29,548 nucleotides of DNA from Candidatus Aenigmatarchaeota archaeon (GTDB taxonomy: Archaea; Aenigmatarchaeota; Aenigmatarchaeia; QMZP01; QMZT01): assembly GCA_036478655.1 (NCBI GenBank), contig JAZGEG010000010.1:1-29548 (forward strand), in the 5' to 3' direction. The notes beneath the pieces were generated by a model, which searched no databases, was not told where the DNA came from, and saw only the letters and a program-made list of their open reading frames with translations. This document shows positions 24,559 through 29,548 of this stretch, in pieces. Each line of letters opens with the position of its first letter. Positions within the stretch are counted from its first letter, which is position 1. Made by a program: the position numbers and the translations under genes.

Positions 24559-25476
24559 TCACAGTAAATTTTTGTCCTTAAAAACGTCCTTCACCACGCT
24601 CTTCGCGTCCTCGAAGAATTTCATTAACATGGGCTTTTCCTTGTGCCTTTTGTAGTTCTCGTAGACCTGCCTTATTATTTCCTTAGGCAAATTGACCCCT
24701 GTTGCCTGACTCGGGATTATGAGGTTGGGTGAAAGACTTATGTTGACAACCTTCGGTTCGCCGTTTATACTTATATCAACTCTAGCGAGTTGCGTATCGA
24801 TCGCCTTCGCGGCCTCCAGGGCGATATGCTTGGTCTCAACATCTGGTTTATGCTTTCTGTATTTCCCTTTCGAGAATATGATGTCCTTTTCCTTTGTTTT
24901 TTTCTTAACGCTCGCTATCACGTCCGGTTCCGCTACGTAACAGGAAACCACATCCTTGACAAACTCTTCTATCAGTATTGACTTTTTCAGGCTTCCGAGC
25001 GCCTCTATGACCGATTTCGCCTCCGTGAACGTGTTGGCTACGATCCCTGTCTCCTTCCCCGGAATCCTTATGATTATGGGGAATTTCCCCTCTTCCAAAA
25101 TCCCCTGCGCCGCTTTCGGGGATTTCGCAAGCTGTATGTCGAGCGTACTCACCCCCCTTTTTCTCAGAACGCTGAGAAGGAAAAACCTCTCATCCGCCAA
25201 AAGAAAACTTATGGGCTTTATGGGGGTGTATGTTTCGGGGGGAAGCAAAGAAAGCAGTTGGTAGGCATAGGAATACAGAGAATGGGGGACCCTCGGGTAT
25301 ATGGAATCAAATTTCGTGAGATCCGAGGTTCTGTAGGAAATCGCGAACTTCTCCCCCAGACCTATCCTTATCCCATCCACCGAAACGAAAAATACCGAAA
25401 AGAATTTCTTTTTCGCCTCCTCGAGGAGTTTGAGGTTGGTCTCGGACTTCTCCTGGCCTATCAGACAAAGTGTCAT
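24559..25476 (-). CDS. RimK/LysX-like ATP-grasp protein with degenerate catalytic motifs
   Basis: It aligns by eye to the 26303-27181 protein (LTKFDSIYPRV vs LSKYDYILPRI; FPIIIR vs LPAVIK; ILIEEFV vs MLIEKYV; RVDI vs AVDM) but lacks E-x-N and D-x-R. The ATG at 25476 follows a G-rich SD. Confidence 0.75.
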   Translation of the reverse strand: MTLCLIGQEKSETNLKLLEEAKKKFFSVFFVSVDGIRIGLGEKFAISYRTSDLTKFDSIYPRVPHSLYSYAYQLLSLLPPETYTPIKPISFLLADERFFLLSVLRKRGVSTLDIQLAKSPKAAQGILEEGKFPIIIRIPGKETGIVANTFTEAKSVIEALGSLKKSILIEEFVKDVVSCYVAEPDVIASVKKKTKEKDIIFSKGKYRKHKPDVETKHIALEAAKAIDTQLARVDISINGEPKVVNISLSPNLIIPSQATGVNLPKEIIRQVYENYKRHKEKPMLMKFFEDAKSVVKDVFKDKNLL

Positions 25477-25576
25477 AAAAACCCCCAACTAAGTTATGAA
25501 ATTGTATGCTGGCTTAAAAAAGTTAATGTTTACGTGTACATGGGTGAATTTTAAATAAAAGGGTCAATTATTCTCT

Positions 25577-26302
25577 ATGGAAGATATACAAAAGAAGATC
25601 GAGGAGTGGATACGCTCGAAGGTCAAGGAAGCGGGGGCGAAGGGTGTAGTAATCGGGATGAGCGGGGGCGTGGACTCGAGCGTGGTGGCGGTTCTCGCGA
25701 AACATTCGCTCGGGAAGAAAGCGCTCGGCCTGATACTTCCCTGCGATTCGTGCCCCGGGGATGCGTTCAGGGCCGGCCTGGTTGCGGAGGAGTTCGGGGT
25801 AAGGACAGAGGAGGTGAACTTGAACAAAGTTTTCGGGTCGCTCAGGAAAACGTTCCCGAAGGCTGACAGGAAGGCCCTCGGGAACCTGAAAGCCCGGTTG
25901 AGGATGCTCGTTCTTTATCACTTCGCGAACAAAAATGGATATCTCGTTCTCGGAACCTCGAACAAGTCCGAGTTGAGGATTGGCTATATCACGAAATACG
26001 GGGATTCGGGGGTTGACCTCGAACCCCTCGGGGATTTGTATAAAACCCAGGTTATCGGACTCGCGAAACGCCTAGGGATACCGGAAAAAATCCTGGAAGC
26101 GAAACCTACGGCGGGGCTCTGGAAAGGGCAGACAGACTCGGAAGAGATAGGGGTTGGTTACGATAGGTTGGATCAAATTCTGGAAGCTATTGAAAAGAAT
26201 GAAACCGGTAAATTCGACCCTAAAGTTTACGAAAAAGTGAAAAAAATGATCAGCAGAAGCGGGCACAAAAGGCGAATGCCTGAAGTATGTAAGATGTCTT
26301 AG
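25577..26302 (+). CDS. nadE: NH3-dependent NAD+ synthetase
   Basis: SGGVDS, NLKARLRM, GTSNKSE..GY.TKYGD, LGDLYKTQV and PTAGLW.GQTD. No glutaminase domain. Confidence 0.95.
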   Translation: MEDIQKKIEEWIRSKVKEAGAKGVVIGMSGGVDSSVVAVLAKHSLGKKALGLILPCDSCPGDAFRAGLVAEEFGVRTEEVNLNKVFGSLRKTFPKADRKALGNLKARLRMLVLYHFANKNGYLVLGTSNKSELRIGYITKYGDSGVDLEPLGDLYKTQVIGLAKRLGIPEKILEAKPTAGLWKGQTDSEEIGVGYDRLDQILEAIEKNETGKFDPKVYEKVKKMISRSGHKRRMPEVCKMS

Positions 26303-27181
26303 CTACCTCTTCACCTCATCCTTCACGAATTCTATGATCCGTTTCGCGATGTTTATGTCCGTTGTTTTCTCTATCCCCTTCAGTCCAAAGTTTATGTTGA
26401 CCTCGATAACCTGAGGCCCCTCCTTCCCGATAATCATGTCCACCGCGCAAAGTTTGGACTTTATGGCCTTTCCTGCCTTGAAAACTATCTCCTCCATTTC
26501 AGGGGTAAGCTTATGCGAAATTGATCGTCCTCCAAGGCGTAGGTTCGCCTTCCTCTCCCCCTCAGCAGCTATCCTCTTGTAAGAAGCGATGATTTCATCC
26601 CCGGCCATAATCCCCCTTATGTCTTCCCCCGGGTTCTTGACGTATTTCTCTATGAGCATTTCCTGCTTGAGGATCTTCATGGTCTCTATGATGGATTCGA
26701 ACGCCTCCTTGGAATCAACCATCAGAACCCCCTCCCCCCCGAAGCCGCTAAGGAGTTTTATCACAGCGGGGAGTTTAACCTTTTCTATGATGTAGTTAGC
26801 TGATTCTTTCGAAGATGTCAGGTAGGTTTCAGGGATCGGTATCCCGTTTTTCGCGAGCTGTTCCAGGGTTATGAATTTGTTGTGCGCGATGATCACGGTT
26901 TCAGCCACGTAGGGCTTCCGAACGCCCAAGTGGTCGAGGAACCTCATTACAGGGTAGCCCACCTGCGCGCGTTTCGAGTCTATCCTCGGGAGTATGTAAT
27001 CGTATTTCGAGAGGCTGTTCTTTTCGTAAAACGCGTGTACGCCCTTCTTGCCTGTTTTTAGCCTGACGTCTATGACCGGTATCAGCTTCGCTTCTTTGAA
27101 CTCCTTGTTCGCCTCCTCCAGGATGCGCTTCGTGCTGTAGCCGATCTCGCTCTCCCTGGGCCCGAGAACCGCGATCTTCAT
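26303..27181 (-). CDS. RimK/LysX-family ATP-grasp amino acid ligase
   Basis: NKF, VIKLLSGFGGEG, LIEKYV, EDIR, KANLRLGG, AVD and IEVN are all intact. The substrate cannot be inferred from sequence. Confidence 0.9.
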   Translation of the reverse strand: MKIAVLGPRESEIGYSTKRILEEANKEFKEAKLIPVIDVRLKTGKKGVHAFYEKNSLSKYDYILPRIDSKRAQVGYPVMRFLDHLGVRKPYVAETVIIAHNKFITLEQLAKNGIPIPETYLTSSKESANYIIEKVKLPAVIKLLSGFGGEGVLMVDSKEAFESIIETMKILKQEMLIEKYVKNPGEDIRGIMAGDEIIASYKRIAAEGERKANLRLGGRSISHKLTPEMEEIVFKAGKAIKSKLCAVDMIIGKEGPQVIEVNINFGLKGIEKTTDINIAKRIIEFVKDEVKR

Positions 27182-29220
27182 AACAACCCCCTTATTATCT
27201 TTGATTTCTCGATCTCCAATCTATTATTCAAGCCGTTTATTAAATACTTTGAATTCTTATGGGTAACCATCCAGTAAGGATAATACACGGGCTTCACCTC
27301 AAGTATTCGCATTTCCCATATCTCCCCTATCTTGCGAACGAAGTCAGGGGAGACCATGAAATCGAGCTTCTCGCCTTCCATCTCCTTCTCTATGATTTTG
27401 CTGTCCATTTTCAAAAGGGAAGGCTCGAGCGGGACGTTGATTTCGAAAGCGCCCCGGAACATATATCCGTCTGAAGTGACGAGCTTCTTTTTCGCGAGGG
27501 ATTTGAGATTTGCGTGCGCGCTGCTGAGAAGGATTTTGAGATCGTTCGAAAGCTTCTCTATAGTCGCGTATTTGTTCTTTGTCAGGTAGAGCAGGATGCT
27601 TCTCTGTGAGGGGGGGAGTTCGAGTAGCGAGCGTATCCCCTTGCTGTATTCGATCGAATCGTCTTTCTCGAAAACTATCTCGCCCGTGATTCCATCCACG
27701 TAGAATTCGACCTCCTCGCCACGGTAAACCCCGAATATCTTCCACACCGGGTAGTTCAGAAACACCATCTCCTCTATCCCCTTGAAGCTCTTTTTCACGT
27801 CCTCCTCAAAGAATCTCGGGGCAAACATGAGTATCCTGTTTTCGATAGAAACCTTCCTCTCCATCGCCTTTATGACCTCCCCACCGTGCTCGCTCCTCCT
27901 TACCCGGACATCCACAAAGAGCGGCTGCTCAGTCGCCCCGACTATCATAGCGACCCCCACGGGCAGGTCCTTTATCTCCTCCCTCGTACCGAATTCGACC
28001 CCTTCGACCGATTCCATTATCGCCTTGATATCATTCGGGTTCGTGACCTTCAGGATTATCTGGGTCGAACACTGGGAGAGGACGTTCTTGTCAACCTTCG
28101 CGGGCCTCTGGGAGATTATGCCCAGGCCCATTCCGAACTTCCTCCCCTCCGAAGCGATTATCCTCAGGATTTTCGAGCTCGCCACCTCTCCAAGGCCCCT
28201 TTCCGGACAGAAATTATGTGCCTCCTCCATGAGAAAGAAGAATTCAGGGATTTCCCCACGCTTCCTGGCTGTGAAGAGCTCCTTTGCGATCTTAAGGACG
28301 ACAATCTGCTGTATCTCGGGGTTTGCCTCCTTGAGATCTATAATCGTTACCTTCCCCCTCTTCACGAGGTCTTTCGGTTTGGTTGGGTTTGCTGAAAAGA
28401 GCTTTGTATTCTCCAGCAATTCGAGCATAGAGATCAGATTCCATTTAACGTTGCTCTCTATCGAATCCACCTCCTCGGTTATGTCCCTAAGGGTGTAATC
28501 CTTACCTTCGAGATTTTTTATCGCTGAGTAAAGCAGGCCCCGCTGCGCTGATGAAACCTTCGCCGGCAGCATCTCGAAAATCTCATCCGTCGTGAGTTTC
28601 GAATCGAGCTTTACTGGGTTTTGCAGGCCGAGATCGAAAATCCGGACGCAATTCTTATAGGACTTCGGCTCTATCCCGAACCCCTCCATCTGGGATATTT
28701 CGTTTTCCTTCTTGTTCTTCTCAGCCAGCGTCCTGTACTCCCCGTGCGGATCGATGATCACGACAGGCGTTCCCTTCTCTGCGAGCTCTTCAAGCAGAAC
28801 GCCGGCTGCATAGGATTTCCCTACGCCTGTTTTCGCTAGTATCGCAACATGCTTGGTGATCAGGTGCTTCACCGGGAGGTTCACCTGTATCTTGTAACCT
28901 CCCAAGAGCCCCACGTAAAGGCCCTCATCCTTCAGGCCGAGCGTGTGCCTTATCAGATCCTCATCTGCCGTGTACACAGGGGTTTCAGGCTCGAAAGGAA
29001 CTGTTAAAGGTTTAAGAAAACCCCTGGAATCCCGAAAACCTATCACCTTCGCCTTCCCCACAGTCCTGTTCGGGTATTTCGTTATTGAATCCACATACGA
29101 TAATATCCATCTCCCCTCGAAATCCTTCACAGTGATATACTGCAGTTTCTTTACCCTGGCCTCGGCCTTGAAAGTGAAGTTCTTCGTCGTCACGCTCCCC
29201 GAGATCTTCCCCAACATCAT
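27178..29220 (-). CDS. HerA/FtsK-like ATPase (HAS barrel + DUF87-type ATPase) with a C-terminal repeat-wHTH-repeat extension
   Basis: Walker A AKTGVGKS, IIDPHGEY, Walker B LMEEAHNF, Arg finger EGRKFG, sensor ISQRP and SQCSTQII. The C-terminal wHTH is SQRSILLYL...TIEKLS.DL....SSAHANLKSL.KK.LV. ATGA overlap with the RimK-like gene. Confidence 0.9.
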   Translation of the reverse strand: MMLGKISGSVTTKNFTFKAEARVKKLQYITVKDFEGRWILSYVDSITKYPNRTVGKAKVIGFRDSRGFLKPLTVPFEPETPVYTADEDLIRHTLGLKDEGLYVGLLGGYKIQVNLPVKHLITKHVAILAKTGVGKSYAAGVLLEELAEKGTPVVIIDPHGEYRTLAEKNKKENEISQMEGFGIEPKSYKNCVRIFDLGLQNPVKLDSKLTTDEIFEMLPAKVSSAQRGLLYSAIKNLEGKDYTLRDITEEVDSIESNVKWNLISMLELLENTKLFSANPTKPKDLVKRGKVTIIDLKEANPEIQQIVVLKIAKELFTARKRGEIPEFFFLMEEAHNFCPERGLGEVASSKILRIIASEGRKFGMGLGIISQRPAKVDKNVLSQCSTQIILKVTNPNDIKAIMESVEGVEFGTREEIKDLPVGVAMIVGATEQPLFVDVRVRRSEHGGEVIKAMERKVSIENRILMFAPRFFEEDVKKSFKGIEEMVFLNYPVWKIFGVYRGEEVEFYVDGITGEIVFEKDDSIEYSKGIRSLLELPPSQRSILLYLTKNKYATIEKLSNDLKILLSSAHANLKSLAKKKLVTSDGYMFRGAFEINVPLEPSLLKMDSKIIEKEMEGEKLDFMVSPDFVRKIGEIWEMRILEVKPVYYPYWMVTHKNSKYLINGLNNRLEIEKSKIIRGLL

Positions 29221-29253
29221 AACTAAATTAATTGGGTTAAAGATTAATAATAG

Positions 29254-29547
29254 TTATTGTGATTTGCTCATGTATTCTCTTTTCAGAGTTCCCGGACGGA
29301 TGCTGAAATCTACCCACGTGAATAATTTTTTAAGGGCTTCATCTCTTTCCCTCTCAGGATCATCGAAATTTGTTCCATAAGAAAAGGCCTCTCTCACGAA
29401 CTTATTAGGAAAATCAACTTCCCCCATATGTTCTACCAATCCTTCTTTGGTGCACCCCTCTTCCAATTGATTTTCTACCTTCATTATATGATAAGACTCG
29501 CGATGATCATCTCCTGATGCACTATGTCTCCTCTTTTCAAAAACATA
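29254..29547 (-). CDS. 3' part of a hypothetical protein; the frame is open to the window edge
   Basis: The track ORF begins at 29484, but the same frame has no stop up to 29547 (YVFEKRRHSASGDDHRESYHIMKVEN...). AT-rich. Confidence 0.55.
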   Translation of the reverse strand, partial: YVFEKRRHSASGDDHRESYHIMKVENQLEEGCTKEGLVEHMGEVDFPNKFVREAFSYGTNFDDPERERDEALKKLFTWVDFSIRPGTLKREYMSKSQ

Positions 29548-29548
29548 C

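Noticed and set aside
27782-28498. 238-aa plus-strand ORF, and similar long shadows at 6348-7157, 5983-6732 and 4595-5137
   Set aside because: They are antisense to well-supported genes.
24559-29220. A single operon of ATPase, RimK, NadE and pseudo-RimK, or a Sir2-HerA-like NAD defence system
   Set aside because: nadE is on the opposite strand and is an ordinary housekeeping type. No Sir2, TIR or nuclease effector is present.
1-29548. rRNA, tRNA, CRISPR array, transposase or integrase
   Set aside because: None was recognised. The intergenic gaps are short and lack the relevant consensus sequences.

Overview
An archaeal chromosomal window. The evidence is an aEF-1alpha-type elongation factor, archaeal-type GluRS, ValRS and PurB, TATA-like promoters, several apparently leaderless genes and oligo-T terminators. 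The tight gene packing and gene families give a DPANN-like impression (for example Aenigmarchaeota), which is not provable from this window. Contents in order: a de novo purine block (5-formyl-THF cyclo-ligase, purL, purE-purM-purC-purB), yjbQ, sppA, gltX, an MBL hydrolase, a P-loop kinase, csaA, a GlmU-like nucleotidyltransferase, a cupin, a presenilin-like GxGD protease, MgtC, valS, tuf, mscS, nadE, two RimK-like ATP-grasp paralogues and a HerA-like ATPase. The most striking item is an intact, AT-rich 405-aa gene (7418-8635, minus strand) encoding a bacterial FliA/sigma28-like sigma-70 factor with recognisable regions 2, 3 and 4, sitting among archaeal genes. Other notable items: a HerA-like ATPase with a repeat-wHTH-repeat tail, translationally coupled to an intact RimK-like ligase; a nearby catalytically degenerate RimK paralogue; two small Cys-rich genes missed by the ORF track; a perfect 22-bp palindrome after tuf; and a duplicated promoter-like element flanking a small orphan gene. 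I saw no rRNA, tRNA, CRISPR array, transposase or integrase.
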